IMG/VR virus record: IMGVR_UViG_3300001765_000072
Coordinates: 1-50,110 of that record
Length of the DNA: 50,110 nucleotides
Source of the DNA: a virus
Direction: 5' to 3' (one strand)
Below are positions 1 through 8,728 of this stretch, piece after piece. The first letter of the stretch is position 1. Each line of letters opens with the position of its first letter. The notes under the pieces are model-generated. The model did no database searches, was not told where the DNA came from, and saw only the letters and a list, made by a program, of their open reading frames with translations. Both the position numbers and the translations under genes were made by a program.

Positions 1-46
1 ATTTGGTACAGGGCCTTACTTAATCCTGTGGCTGTATCCGGTACCG
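1..46. repeat. Terminal direct repeat identical to 50065-50110 (assembly overlap of a circular or terminally redundant genome)
   Basis: Same 46-nt string atttggtacagggccttacttaatcctgtggctgtatccggtaccg at both window ends. Confidence 0.9.
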
Positions 47-347
47 TTTTACTTAATTCTACTACTTTGTCGCTTATCCCTTCGAAGTCGTCGGAAACCA
101 TACTAGATATGGTACTTACTTCCTTCATACTATGTTCGAATTCCTGGGAAAACAGGAAGGCTTTTTTAGCAGCCAGTCCGAAGGCCAGGCCAGCGCTTAC
201 CCCTACGCCAGCAAATACCTGTGAAGCCCCTACGCTTTTTTTCAGCCCTTCCAGTATTCCCTTACTTTCAGCGGCCCCGGTGCGAAGCCCTGAATTATCT
301 ACGCCAGTAGCCCAGTATAAAGGCTGGCCTTTTACGTTAACTGCCAT
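1..347 (-). CDS. Tape measure protein, N-terminal part (gene wraps the circular junction and continues at 50064)
   Basis: ATG at 347. Translation MAVNVKGQPLYWATGVDNSGLRTGAAESKGILEGLKK...FSQEFEHSMKEVSTISS...LSKALYQ is open to nt 1. 347 + (50064-46707+1) = 3705 nt = 1235 codons, in frame with the 46707-49949 ORF. Confidence 0.8.
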   Translation of the reverse strand, partial: MAVNVKGQPLYWATGVDNSGLRTGAAESKGILEGLKKSVGASQVFAGVGVSAGLAFGLAAKKAFLFSQEFEHSMKEVSTISSMVSDDFEGISDKVVELSKTVPDTATGLSKALYQ

Positions 348-357
348 AACTTTTAGA

Positions 358-522
358 TTAAATCATATTAAACAATTCAGCAGGGCCTATATCCTTACCC
401 TGGCCTTCCTTACCGGTACCTTCGTCTTTCCCGCGGTTAGCAAAAGGCGCCATTAACATAACCAGGTTTACCCAGCTATACTGCCATAAAACAGCTTCAA
501 AACTTAGGTTTAACGTCTTCAT
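358..522 (-). CDS. Small ORF in the -1 frame after the tail assembly chaperone (possible T-part of a G/GT-type chaperone pair)
   Basis: 54-codon ORF MKTLNLSFEAVLWQYSWVNLVMLMAPFANRGKDEGTGKEGQGKDIGPAELFNMI. Its frame stays open upstream to at least 660, overlapping the end of 531-1043. Confidence 0.4.
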   Translation of the reverse strand: MKTLNLSFEAVLWQYSWVNLVMLMAPFANRGKDEGTGKEGQGKDIGPAELFNMI

Positions 523-530
523 AGTTCCGC

Positions 531-1043
531 TTATAAATCCCCAGGGGTCGGCGGGGCTATTATCTCGGCCGCCTTTAGTAGGCTCATTCCGTTGGTTAGA
601 ATGATAGTACTCGTAAAATTTGAAACATCCATTAAACGTATAACCAGGCCCATTAAATCGAATAGCCTGGCAGAAGTACAGTTTTCCCTTATCTGTTTCT
701 TTATCGCTTCAGGTGCCGGGCCAGGCCGGTTGTGTATAGCCAGGGCTACCACTTCTACCAGGTCTTCGCCGTTCAGTACCGCGAATTTTACCGCGGTATC
801 CATATTACTACGTTCGAAGTCTAGTTTAGTTAGGTTAATTCTATGTAAAACCCTGCAAATTTGGTATAACGTGCCCAGGTTAATAGGTTTTACTGTATAA
901 ACCTTCGCCTTCGGTAAAACGCCTATTTTGCGTAAAAAACCGGGCCTATCGAAAACTATTTCTAGTTCCAGGGTTTCGCCCATTATAGCGGCTACCGCTT
1001 CAGGGGTTTGGTCTACTAGTATCTTTTCTTCTTCTTCTTCCAT
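531..1043 (-). CDS. Tail assembly chaperone (positional call)
   Basis: 170-aa acidic-N-terminus ORF between the major tail protein and the tape measure. Confidence 0.5.
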   Translation of the reverse strand: MEEEEEKILVDQTPEAVAAIMGETLELEIVFDRPGFLRKIGVLPKAKVYTVKPINLGTLYQICRVLHRINLTKLDFERSNMDTAVKFAVLNGEDLVEVVALAIHNRPGPAPEAIKKQIRENCTSARLFDLMGLVIRLMDVSNFTSTIILTNGMSLLKAAEIIAPPTPGDL

Positions 1044-1060
1044 TTTCCGTTTTTATTTTT

Positions 1061-1100
1061 AGTAAAAAGGGCCCAAACTAAAACATTAGCCGGGCCCCTT
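1061..1100 (-). terminator. Hairpin plus T-run after the major tail gene
   Basis: Minus strand AAGGGGCCC-17 nt loop-GGGCCCTTTTT. Confidence 0.45.
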
Positions 1101-1147
1101 CAACTTTAACCTAAAACTTAACCTATGAAAAAACGACTATTAAAAGT

Positions 1148-1675
1148 CTAAGGGTAAACTACCTGGGTTTTGGTGTAAGGCGGCAAAAGTATGCCAGCTG
1201 CACCTTCGGGTATTAGGGCCTTAATCGTAAACCGAATAGTACCGGCGGCGCCGCGTTGTAACGGTGCTACCAGGGCAGCTTTTACGCTGGCCCGCGGTAT
1301 TTCGATTTTTGTATAATACCCATTTACAGGCTTAGTTTTGATTTCTACAGATTTCTCCGTCATAACATCGGTAACAGGTGCTACATACTTTAGCGAAGTA
1401 GAAGCTACACCGCCGAAGGCTAGTACCATATTTTCCGGTGTCACGTTGTACGTTTCGAAGGTAAATACCAGCGCTTTACTGTCGGTAAGTGCTTCAAAAT
1501 CGGGGCTAGTGCTTTCTTCTATAAGAAGTTCGAAGGTTTCAGGTTCTGCCTTTTCGAGGTTTACGCTGTCGCGCTTCAATTTATCTACCGCCGTTAAGCT
1601 GCTTCCCATAGTTCCCAGGGAACCGCAGGCGCCTATCTTAATGGTTTCAATACCGTAAATTCTATTTATTGCCAT
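1148..1675 (-). CDS. Major tail protein (positional call)
   Basis: 175-aa ORF directly upstream of the chaperone/TMP pair and followed by a hairpin. Confidence 0.6.
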   Translation of the reverse strand: MAINRIYGIETIKIGACGSLGTMGSSLTAVDKLKRDSVNLEKAEPETFELLIEESTSPDFEALTDSKALVFTFETYNVTPENMVLAFGGVASTSLKYVAPVTDVMTEKSVEIKTKPVNGYYTKIEIPRASVKAALVAPLQRGAAGTIRFTIKALIPEGAAGILLPPYTKTQVVYP

Positions 1676-1680
1676 TGTGT

Positions 1681-2070
1681 TTACTCCGTATTATTGTCAT
1701 TAAAAACATTTACTAAAATTCTGACTGAATAGTAGGCCCAGCCCGGCCGGTCGTTGTTCATATACACCTGTTCGTCTACCAGGGTTGTACTGTAATTAGC
1801 TTCTATTATCGGTATCAATACTGAAGCCAGGGCCTTCATTCGTTTTTCGTTGGGCTGGCCGTCTTCCAGGTTCTGAAAATGGCAGTTAATAAAAACAGTA
1901 GCTTCCTGTACTTCGCCGTTTACGTTAGCCAGGCTAACTATTTCGACGTCTTCAGCGGCGCTGTTATCCTTCGCTTTGCTTCGGGTAACTTCGCCGGTTA
2001 TAAGGGCCTTTACTGCCTTTACGTTTACCATCCGGTAAACCATCGTTTTTATGTCTAGTATTGACTGCAT
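1681..2070 (-). CDS. Tail terminator / head-tail joining protein (positional)
   Basis: 129-aa ORF in the connector gene string, with overlapping start/stop to its neighbours. Confidence 0.4.
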   Translation of the reverse strand: MQSILDIKTMVYRMVNVKAVKALITGEVTRSKAKDNSAAEDVEIVSLANVNGEVQEATVFINCHFQNLEDGQPNEKRMKALASVLIPIIEANYSTTLVDEQVYMNNDRPGWAYYSVRILVNVFNDNNTE

Positions 2071-2498
2071 ACCTTTTTTAAAAGCTGTTTTACCGCCGCG
2101 TCCGAAGGCGTGGAACCGGTTATAACGTCGTAACCTTTACTTTCTACCGCGGCTGCATAGCCCATACCGGCCATACAGATAAGTACTATACCTTTATTCA
2201 GTTGTATGCTTAATTCAGCGGTTAACTGCTGGTTGTACGAATTAGTCGCGCTGTCGAACGCCTGGGCCCATATGGCGCCATCTATCAGGATTACGTAGCC
2301 TATGCTGCTGCGAAGGTTACCGGTTCTGTCGGTATAGGTTCCGCTGCGCCTGGCCGCGTTTATGAAGGTTTCGCCCATATACTGGAAGACCTGAAGCTGT
2401 TTTTTTACGGCTTCCTTCGCCAGTACCTTATAGGTAGCGGCTAGGTCAGCGTCGGTAAATTTCGGCGTCAGGGTTACGGTATCTTTTAAGCTAGCCAT
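2055..2498 (-). CDS. HK97 gp10-like head-tail joining protein
   Basis: Motif TDRTGNLRSSIGY resembles the tG.Lr.si signature of the HK97 gp10 family; position fits. Confidence 0.5.
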   Translation of the reverse strand: MASLKDTVTLTPKFTDADLAATYKVLAKEAVKKQLQVFQYMGETFINAARRSGTYTDRTGNLRSSIGYVILIDGAIWAQAFDSATNSYNQQLTAELSIQLNKGIVLICMAGMGYAAAVESKGYDVITGSTPSDAAVKQLLKKVCSQY

Positions 2499-2788
2499 AC
2501 TTCGGCGTTCATTTGGTACTGTTGAACAAAAACTACGCGCAGCTGCTTACCGTTAACGGTTACCCTGGCCCCTTCAGGCAGGGTATCGGTAAAACAATCG
2601 GTAAAAAATTTGTATTCCACTTTTACCCTGTCGCCGCCAGCGCCGCCTACTGCTAGGCTGGGCGCTGCGCGATCTAGTCTACCTTCCAGGGCCAGGGTTT
2701 CGGCGGCGTTCGGCTTAGCGTAGCCGTCGTCGTCCTTCCTGGTACTGGCCCAGGTAAATAATAGGGTTATATTCCTAGTGGCTACCAT
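2486..2788 (-). CDS. Head closure / head-tail adaptor protein (positional)
   Basis: 100-aa ORF in the connector string. Confidence 0.4.
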   Translation of the reverse strand: MVATRNITLLFTWASTRKDDDGYAKPNAAETLALEGRLDRAAPSLAVGGAGGDRVKVEYKFFTDCFTDTLPEGARVTVNGKQLRVVFVQQYQMNAEVWLA

Positions 2789-3087
2789 TGTGCGCTACCG
2801 TTAACTGTTGGCCCGCTATACTGGTCAGTAATACCGTTCTTACTAAATAGCCTATCTGCTTCAGCGTTCAGCGTGGCGGCGTCGTACTTAATCCGTAGGC
2901 TGCCTTCTGCGAAGTCGGGAAACATAGCGGCCCGGCGTAATACGTGCGCCGTCGCTACTTCCAGGCTTCCTTTGTCTGCCGCGGTGTATTCTGCCGTCGC
3001 ATTTAGGCCCAGGTCGGTTATAATTTTCAGCAGTAACGCTGGTTTCTTATACTCAACTTCGGCCTGTAAAGCTTCTAAGATATTCAT
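2782..3087 (-). CDS. Head-tail connector protein (positional)
   Basis: 101-aa ORF immediately downstream of the capsid gene. Confidence 0.4.
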   Translation of the reverse strand: MNILEALQAEVEYKKPALLLKIITDLGLNATAEYTAADKGSLEVATAHVLRRAAMFPDFAEGSLRIKYDAATLNAEADRLFSKNGITDQYSGPTVNGSAQW

Positions 3088-3099
3088 TTGAAACAGGTA

Positions 3100-4161
3100 T
3101 TAAGCCCAGGTAGTAACGTTGTTCGTATTCATCAGGTAGGTACGGTTTACGGATTTCCAGGAAGGGAAAGCGTTAATTTCGCCCCTGGTAAACTCGTTTA
3201 CTGGGTCAGTCTTCCGGTATTTCGCTACCAGGATATTATTTTTTACTACCTGCACTTCTTCAGCCGGCGGGTTTGTTACAGAAGCCAGCGGCCCACATAA
3301 CATATCACCGCATCTTAATTCAGGAAGGAAGGTTACCTTATGTTCATCCCAGGGGTTAACGCGAACTATCGTACCGTCGGCCTTTTCTATGCCTATACTT
3401 TGCTTAATAAGCTTGATAGTCGGCAGCCCTTCAGCCAGTAGGAAGGTATTAGTTTCTTCCAGGGTCGGCGCTTTGGTTTTAACCGTTCCGATAACTTCGC
3501 CCTTAACTTCGGTAGTCTTACGCATAGCTTCAAACTGGGCCTGGCGCATTAACATAAACTGTAACATATGTCCGTTAGCGTCAGCCATAGCTACCACTTT
3601 ACGAATGTCTGTTAGTGGTGTAGCGGTCGCCCCGGTGCCCCAGGTAATGGCTACGCCTGTTTTGTTATCTGCCGGTACCTGGAAGTCTACAGCTACTTCT
3701 GTAACTACGCCGTTATTGTTATCTAGCGTCAGGTTCATAGTACCGGTAGAAAGCGCTTGTAAGGTTATCCATTCCAGCCGGGCCTGTACGCTTTCGTAGG
3801 CAAAATCTACGTCGCCAAAAACCAGGTCTAAAATAGTCTTTTGGTCAGGGCTAGCCATAGCCGACAGTATGTTATATTCGTTTATATCGCGTTCTCTCAT
3901 AACGCGTTTAACGCGAATAGGCGGTATTTCGCCTACCAGCTTACCTACGGTCTGCCGGCTTTTTATCGGGGCGCTGCTGTCATACGTTACGACGTCGGCA
4001 GCAATAGCGCTATCCTGGTCGCCTATAATGGTTTCGAAGGTCAAAAACGCTGTTTTCTTCATAGGGAAAAACAGCGGAAAAAGTACAATCGGGAAAGCCC
4101 TAGCGTTTAGGTAGGTTTCCATATTCTTTTTACTCACTTCCTTTAAAATTGAACGTTCCAT
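3100..4161 (-). CDS. Major capsid protein (lambda gpE-like)
   Basis: 353 aa. N-terminal FPIVLFPLFFPMKKTAFLTFETI... resembles the Phage_cap_E family. It follows the scaffold and decoration-like genes in lambda order. Confidence 0.7.
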   Translation of the reverse strand: MERSILKEVSKKNMETYLNARAFPIVLFPLFFPMKKTAFLTFETIIGDQDSAIAADVVTYDSSAPIKSRQTVGKLVGEIPPIRVKRVMRERDINEYNILSAMASPDQKTILDLVFGDVDFAYESVQARLEWITLQALSTGTMNLTLDNNNGVVTEVAVDFQVPADNKTGVAITWGTGATATPLTDIRKVVAMADANGHMLQFMLMRQAQFEAMRKTTEVKGEVIGTVKTKAPTLEETNTFLLAEGLPTIKLIKQSIGIEKADGTIVRVNPWDEHKVTFLPELRCGDMLCGPLASVTNPPAEEVQVVKNNILVAKYRKTDPVNEFTRGEINAFPSWKSVNRTYLMNTNNVTTWA

Positions 4162-4188
4162 TTTGTGTATTCTTTAGGGGTTAAAAAT

Positions 4189-5124
4189 TTAAACGAAGCG
4201 AATAAGGCCTGCCAGCTGCTGCTTCGCGATAACGCCGAAGCTGTAGGGACAAAGGGTTTCCTTAACAGTACCGCGTACTACTACGCTAACGCCGGTGTTT
4301 GCACCGGTAGGAGTATTACCGCAAATTACGCCGTTAACGGTGTATTTGGGTTGAAGGTCTGCAATAGGCACCCCACCGCTAAAGTAGTCGGACGCTATTG
4401 TTAATACGCCGCCTACAGCGGCGGCATCCCAGGTGCCGCCCGCGGTACAGGTAACCTGGGTAAGGTTAGCGGTTCCGGTTACGGTAAGGGCCCGAATAGC
4501 GGCCTGAATTAACGCGGCCGTGTTTTTATTCGCGGTCGTATTTGCCAGTCTGATAAGAAGTACGCCAGTAGTCGGCGTATAGGTAACGGCCAAACTGTCG
4601 CCTGAATTCGCGTTAATGGTTACAGTTTTACCGTTAAGGTTTCCGGTAGCATCGCTTAAGGTCAGCGTGGCTGCTACTATGTCTTCTACTACTGCTACCG
4701 AAGGCGTGGCTGCGGCTACGCTTTCGCTGGTTCCCTGGTAAAGTACTGCGCCGACTAATACCGGTTCCTTCGAATCCAGCGTAGCGGTCAGGGTCAGGGT
4801 GTCGTAACTGGCCTGGGTTGTATTAATACCGGTTATCTCGGTACTTACTTTCCCATTAGTGATAAAGTCGCCTACCTTGAAAAGGTGCGCTTTGGTTACC
4901 CTTACTGAAGTCGCGGCGGCTGCGGCCTGTGCCTGTAATAGCGCGGTTTTAGCTACGTGAACTAAACCGGCTTCCAGTCTTACAGGGGTGCCTTCCAAAA
5001 CTTCAGCCAGGGCTGTAGGAAGTTCGGCAGATACAATAGTACCGCCGCCTACAGCGAATTCCAGTACGTCCAGTATAACTACTGGGTACCGGCTGTCATT
5101 GGTTTTTGTAATTTGAATTCCCAT
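4189..5124 (-). CDS. Head decoration-like protein with inserted T/A/V-rich domain
   Basis: 311-aa ORF between scaffold and capsid gene (the lambda gpD position). Confidence 0.4.
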   Translation of the reverse strand: MGIQITKTNDSRYPVVILDVLEFAVGGGTIVSAELPTALAEVLEGTPVRLEAGLVHVAKTALLQAQAAAAATSVRVTKAHLFKVGDFITNGKVSTEITGINTTQASYDTLTLTATLDSKEPVLVGAVLYQGTSESVAAATPSVAVVEDIVAATLTLSDATGNLNGKTVTINANSGDSLAVTYTPTTGVLLIRLANTTANKNTAALIQAAIRALTVTGTANLTQVTCTAGGTWDAAAVGGVLTIASDYFSGGVPIADLQPKYTVNGVICGNTPTGANTGVSVVVRGTVKETLCPYSFGVIAKQQLAGLIRFV

Positions 5125-5147
5125 TTTTATTAAATGAATAGTGAATA

Positions 5148-5837
5148 TTAAAAATCTGTCGGTACGTTAAAACCGCTGGCAGTCGCTGACGCGGTGCCCC
5201 GGCTCTTAGCTACTTCGATTATAGCGGCATCGGCTACCTGTTCATTGCCTGGTTTTCCCTGGCCCGGCTTACCGCCTGCTGCCAGTATGGCGTTATTAAA
5301 TTCCTGTAGCTGTTCGTTAAAAACGCCTTCTACGCGGGCTACTTCTGCTTCTACCGTTGCTTCGCCTTCCAGGTTCATAAGGTCTACCAGTTTAGGGCTT
5401 AGTTTTTTGGCCGCCAGGGCTGCCAGGGCTGCTGCCTTCTTACCTTCCAGCGCGGCCTTCGCCTGCTGGCCGGTTATCAGGCCCTTAATTTCGCCCAGCA
5501 AAGGGCCTACTACCTTAAGAATTCGGGCTGTTTCAGGGTCAGGGTCTGCGGGGTCTGCCGGGTCGCCTGGTTCCGTTGTAACTTTCCCCTTCTTCAGAAG
5601 TAGGTTAATTCGCCTGTCGGTTTCGCTTTTCAGCGCGGCTTCGTGTGCTGCCTTTAACGTAGGGTCTGCCAGTACTTCGGCTAACGTCGTAGGCGCTTTG
5701 GGCGCCGCCGGCATAAGGGCCGCGAAGGCTGCTACGGCGCCGTCTACTTCTTCAGCAGTCGTAACCGTAATAAACTTCGCCAGGTCTTCGTTATAACCTG
5801 CTTTTTTTAGTGCTGCTTTAATCTGTTCGGTAAACAT
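5148..5837 (-). CDS. Scaffolding protein
   Basis: 229 aa, Ala/Lys/Glu-rich helical protein directly upstream of the capsid genes. Confidence 0.6.
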   Translation of the reverse strand: MFTEQIKAALKKAGYNEDLAKFITVTTAEEVDGAVAAFAALMPAAPKAPTTLAEVLADPTLKAAHEAALKSETDRRINLLLKKGKVTTEPGDPADPADPDPETARILKVVGPLLGEIKGLITGQQAKAALEGKKAAALAALAAKKLSPKLVDLMNLEGEATVEAEVARVEGVFNEQLQEFNNAILAAGGKPGQGKPGNEQVADAAIIEVAKSRGTASATASGFNVPTDF

Positions 5838-5960
5838 TGTAAAAAGTTTTTAGTTTTCAGTTCGGCCCTTCTTCCGCAGCCCTGGGCTTTTAGTGCCCTA
5901 GCTTTTAGCCGGGCCCTATTGGCCCCAGGTTTGCAGAAAACAGGTACGCCCTGTCGGTTT

Positions 5961-5968
5961 CAAAAGTA
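5961..5968 (-). promoter_or_regulatory. Candidate Bacteroidota-type -7 promoter box TACTTTTG
   Basis: Minus strand TACTTTTG fits TAnnTTTG. It lies between the terminator at 6009-6047 and the scaffold gene. Confidence 0.3.
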
Positions 5969-6008
5969 AAAAGTATAAATAGGCGGCTGTCGTACAGTTA
6001 TCAAACAG

Positions 6009-6047
6009 AAAAGGCGGCCCTGGTAACATCAGGAACCGCCTTTTTTT
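6009..6047 (-). terminator. Intrinsic terminator (bidirectional shape)
   Basis: AAAAGGCGG-18 nt loop-CCGCCTTTTTTT; the stem is flanked by an A-run and a T-run. Confidence 0.6.
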
Positions 6048-6060
6048 GTGCGCCAGGGGC

Positions 6061-6282
6061 CTATTTTTCGGTTATTGTTAACCATTGCCTGGGTTTACCG
6101 TATTCGTAAACGTACTGGCCTGTTTGCCCTTCTAAAACGCTTTTATGTTCTACCCGGTTACGTAGTATTTCGCTGGGTATTCTGTCGTACGCTAGGCACC
6201 TGCCGAAGCCCTGGTAGTGGGCGCAGCTGGCGCAGGCTGGCGTAATTAAATAGGGTTCCGCTTGTCTTTCTTCTAGGCTCAT
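6061..6282 (-). CDS. Hypothetical Cys-rich protein
   Basis: 73-aa ORF with PACASCAHYQGFGRC; 4-nt gap to the upstream gene. Confidence 0.5.
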   Translation of the reverse strand: MSLEERQAEPYLITPACASCAHYQGFGRCLAYDRIPSEILRNRVEHKSVLEGQTGQYVYEYGKPRQWLTITEK

Positions 6283-6286
6283 AATG

Positions 6287-8404
6287 TTAAAGTTCTTCTA
6301 GTATAACGTCGTAAATATCAATATCATAATAATCAGGCCGTACTGTTCGCTTCGTAATAGATACTACCCTGAATTCGGTACCGTCAGCAAATAAAAACTC
6401 GTCTTCGTGTTTCAGCCCTACCGGCTTTACGCAGGTACTACTATGGCTGTTACGTATATACAGGTTTACGCTTACCGGCTGGCTGCTGTTCGCCCTGGCG
6501 AAGCTGTCGGCTACTTCCTTCTTAAAACTACTACTCATAAACCCGCTATCTATATGTACGCCAGTTTCGCCCCAGGCTTTCAGGTAGCGGCCTTCCATAC
6601 TTTCGCGCGTCGTTTTAAAGCCCCGGTACAGCTGGCCCTGGTACTTCGGCCCGGTCGCCAGGCCAGCGCGTATAAGGTTCGCGTAGTCGCCCATTTGTTC
6701 AGCCGTAAGCCGGTTCATACCGGCGCCGCCTGTACGTAGGTAGGTATTCAGGTTCGTATAGCCTGAACCGGTGTAATACGTAAACGCGCTTTTCATATCG
6801 GCAGTCATTTTATAACTCCACCACTCCGACAGGGTAAATGCTTCGTCAAAGTTCGTACTTACCGGCCAGCCGCCGGCCTGTACCATATGGTCAAAGTTCA
6901 TACCGGTAGCCTGTTCTACCTTCAGCTTAGCGGCTGCCAGCTTTTCGTTTAGGCCGACGGTTCCCATTTTATCTATGTACGCCTGCTGTTCCTGGGCCTT
7001 CTTCAGCTTTTCGGCCTTCTTAGCGGCCGCCTTCGCTTTCTTTTCGGCTGCCAGTTCCTTCTTTACCTGCTGTTCCCAGGCCAGTTTTTCAGCCTGGTAT
7101 TCGGCTTTCTTCTTTTCTTCGTTCGCCATCCATTTAGCTAGCGCGTCTTCTGAAGCCTTTTTACCGGCCGCGTATTCTGCCTGGGCCTTCTTCAGGTCTG
7201 CCGCTGCCTGGGCCGCCTTCTGTTCTGCCAGTACCTGGGCCTGGGCCGCCTTCTGTTTCGCGGCCAGTTCTTCTGCCAGGTTAGCGTACTGGCCCTTCGC
7301 CATCGGTATAGGCTTCGGTATATTCAGGCTAGCGGAACCGTAGTTAATCAGGCTAACGGCTACCGGGTTTATTAGCTTACTAGCCTGGCCCATAGCGTCG
7401 AAGTTCTGATTAAACCAGTAGGGCTTTTTAGCCATACCCTGTATTTTACCCAGCTTAGCGTTTAGGTAAACCTGGGCCTGCCGCGGTATGTCTTTAATGT
7501 ACTTATTTTCCTTAACATACCCGGCCTTCAGCGAAGCTATAAACTGGTCTTCCTTCAGTAGTATGTTTTCAGTCCAACAGATACAGCGCGGGTGCCAGCC
7601 TGGAAACCTGAAGCCTTTAGGGTATTCGCCGGCCATATAATCACAAATATCCTTCCGCGGGTGCGCTGCGCTTAAGTTTATCCGTACGCCAGTAACGAAG
7701 GGTATAGACTGCCGGCGCTGGTAGTCGCTTTCCCGGTATGCCATATTTATTTCGGTACCGGTCAGCCTTAAGGCGTTCTGAAAACTGCTACGGTATACGC
7801 CGCGGCCAGGGTGAAACGCTTTAGCGGCTTTACTTAGTTCCAGTTTCCCGGTTTCCTTATTTCGTACGCGTCGAAAAAGTTTATCAGGGTATTTTAGGTA
7901 CTGTTTGGTTTGGCTGGCTAGCTGCCTGGCTGGAAGGCCGGCGGCTATGCCTTCTGCTAGCGCTATTTCCAGCTGGGTTTTTGTTTTCGCGGTCAGGGCC
8001 CAAACCCTATCTGATAAATTCATACCGTCTACCTTCCGCTTTAAGAAGGTTTCCAGGGCTTCGCCGTTTCGGCCTAGCATTGCAGCGGCAATAGTCGGCG
8101 GTATATCCATACCGCGGGTATACTTCAGTACCAGCGCGTCGTTTGCCTGGTCTGCCAGGTTCCAGCCGACGTACGTACCCTGCTGTATCTTACTTACCAC
8201 TTCGTCGCCCATTACCCGCAGGCTTTCGTCTATCTGTTTTTCGAAGCCAGGGTTAACAGTCCATATACTTTGGGTCGCGCTTCCTTTAAGCTGGGCGCCG
8301 TAAACGATACCTTCTACTTTCGCCAGGTACTTATTCAGTTCCTTTTTCACCTGGCTAGCGTATGCCGCCTGGGCTTTCTGTAATTTTTCTTCGTACGGCG
8401 TCAT
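6287..8404 (-). CDS. Head morphogenesis protein (SPP1 gp7 / Mu F family) fused to an A/K/E coiled coil and a C-terminal R-S-E ADP-ribosyltransferase domain
   Basis: MuF signature GWHPRCICW. ART motifs YTGSGYTNLNTYLR, LYRG, GFMSSS (STS) and HEDEF (ExE, nt 6398-6406). Confidence 0.8.
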   Translation of the reverse strand: MTPYEEKLQKAQAAYASQVKKELNKYLAKVEGIVYGAQLKGSATQSIWTVNPGFEKQIDESLRVMGDEVVSKIQQGTYVGWNLADQANDALVLKYTRGMDIPPTIAAAMLGRNGEALETFLKRKVDGMNLSDRVWALTAKTKTQLEIALAEGIAAGLPARQLASQTKQYLKYPDKLFRRVRNKETGKLELSKAAKAFHPGRGVYRSSFQNALRLTGTEINMAYRESDYQRRQSIPFVTGVRINLSAAHPRKDICDYMAGEYPKGFRFPGWHPRCICWTENILLKEDQFIASLKAGYVKENKYIKDIPRQAQVYLNAKLGKIQGMAKKPYWFNQNFDAMGQASKLINPVAVSLINYGSASLNIPKPIPMAKGQYANLAEELAAKQKAAQAQVLAEQKAAQAAADLKKAQAEYAAGKKASEDALAKWMANEEKKKAEYQAEKLAWEQQVKKELAAEKKAKAAAKKAEKLKKAQEQQAYIDKMGTVGLNEKLAAAKLKVEQATGMNFDHMVQAGGWPVSTNFDEAFTLSEWWSYKMTADMKSAFTYYTGSGYTNLNTYLRTGGAGMNRLTAEQMGDYANLIRAGLATGPKYQGQLYRGFKTTRESMEGRYLKAWGETGVHIDSGFMSSSFKKEVADSFARANSSQPVSVNLYIRNSHSSTCVKPVGLKHEDEFLFADGTEFRVVSITKRTVRPDYYDIDIYDVILEEL

Positions 8405-8488
8405 TTTTGCATATTATACAGCCCGGCCTTTTGTTTTCCCGGCAGTTTTCGATACTTCTGTATACTTATTCATATCCTGGCTGAATTA

Positions 8489-8728
8489 TTATACGGCTTC
8501 TAGGCATATTTTCTCTAGTCTTACCCATAAATTAGGGTCATATACCAGCTGGAAACATAGCCCGCTTTTCAGGTAAATAAAAATACCGCCCTTATCCAGG
8601 TTAGCGGCGCTTACTTCGCTTTCCCTGAATATAAAATCGGTTACGGCCGGTTCCGGTTCCGGTAGCCCCAGGTTCCTAGCCCGGTCTACCGCCTGTTCGT
8701 CGGCGTTACCCAGTATTTTAGCCTTCAT
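8489..8728 (-). CDS. Hypothetical protein
   Basis: 79-aa ORF overlapping the upstream gene. Confidence 0.45.
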   Translation of the reverse strand: MKAKILGNADEQAVDRARNLGLPEPEPAVTDFIFRESEVSAANLDKGGIFIYLKSGLCFQLVYDPNLWVRLEKICLEAV

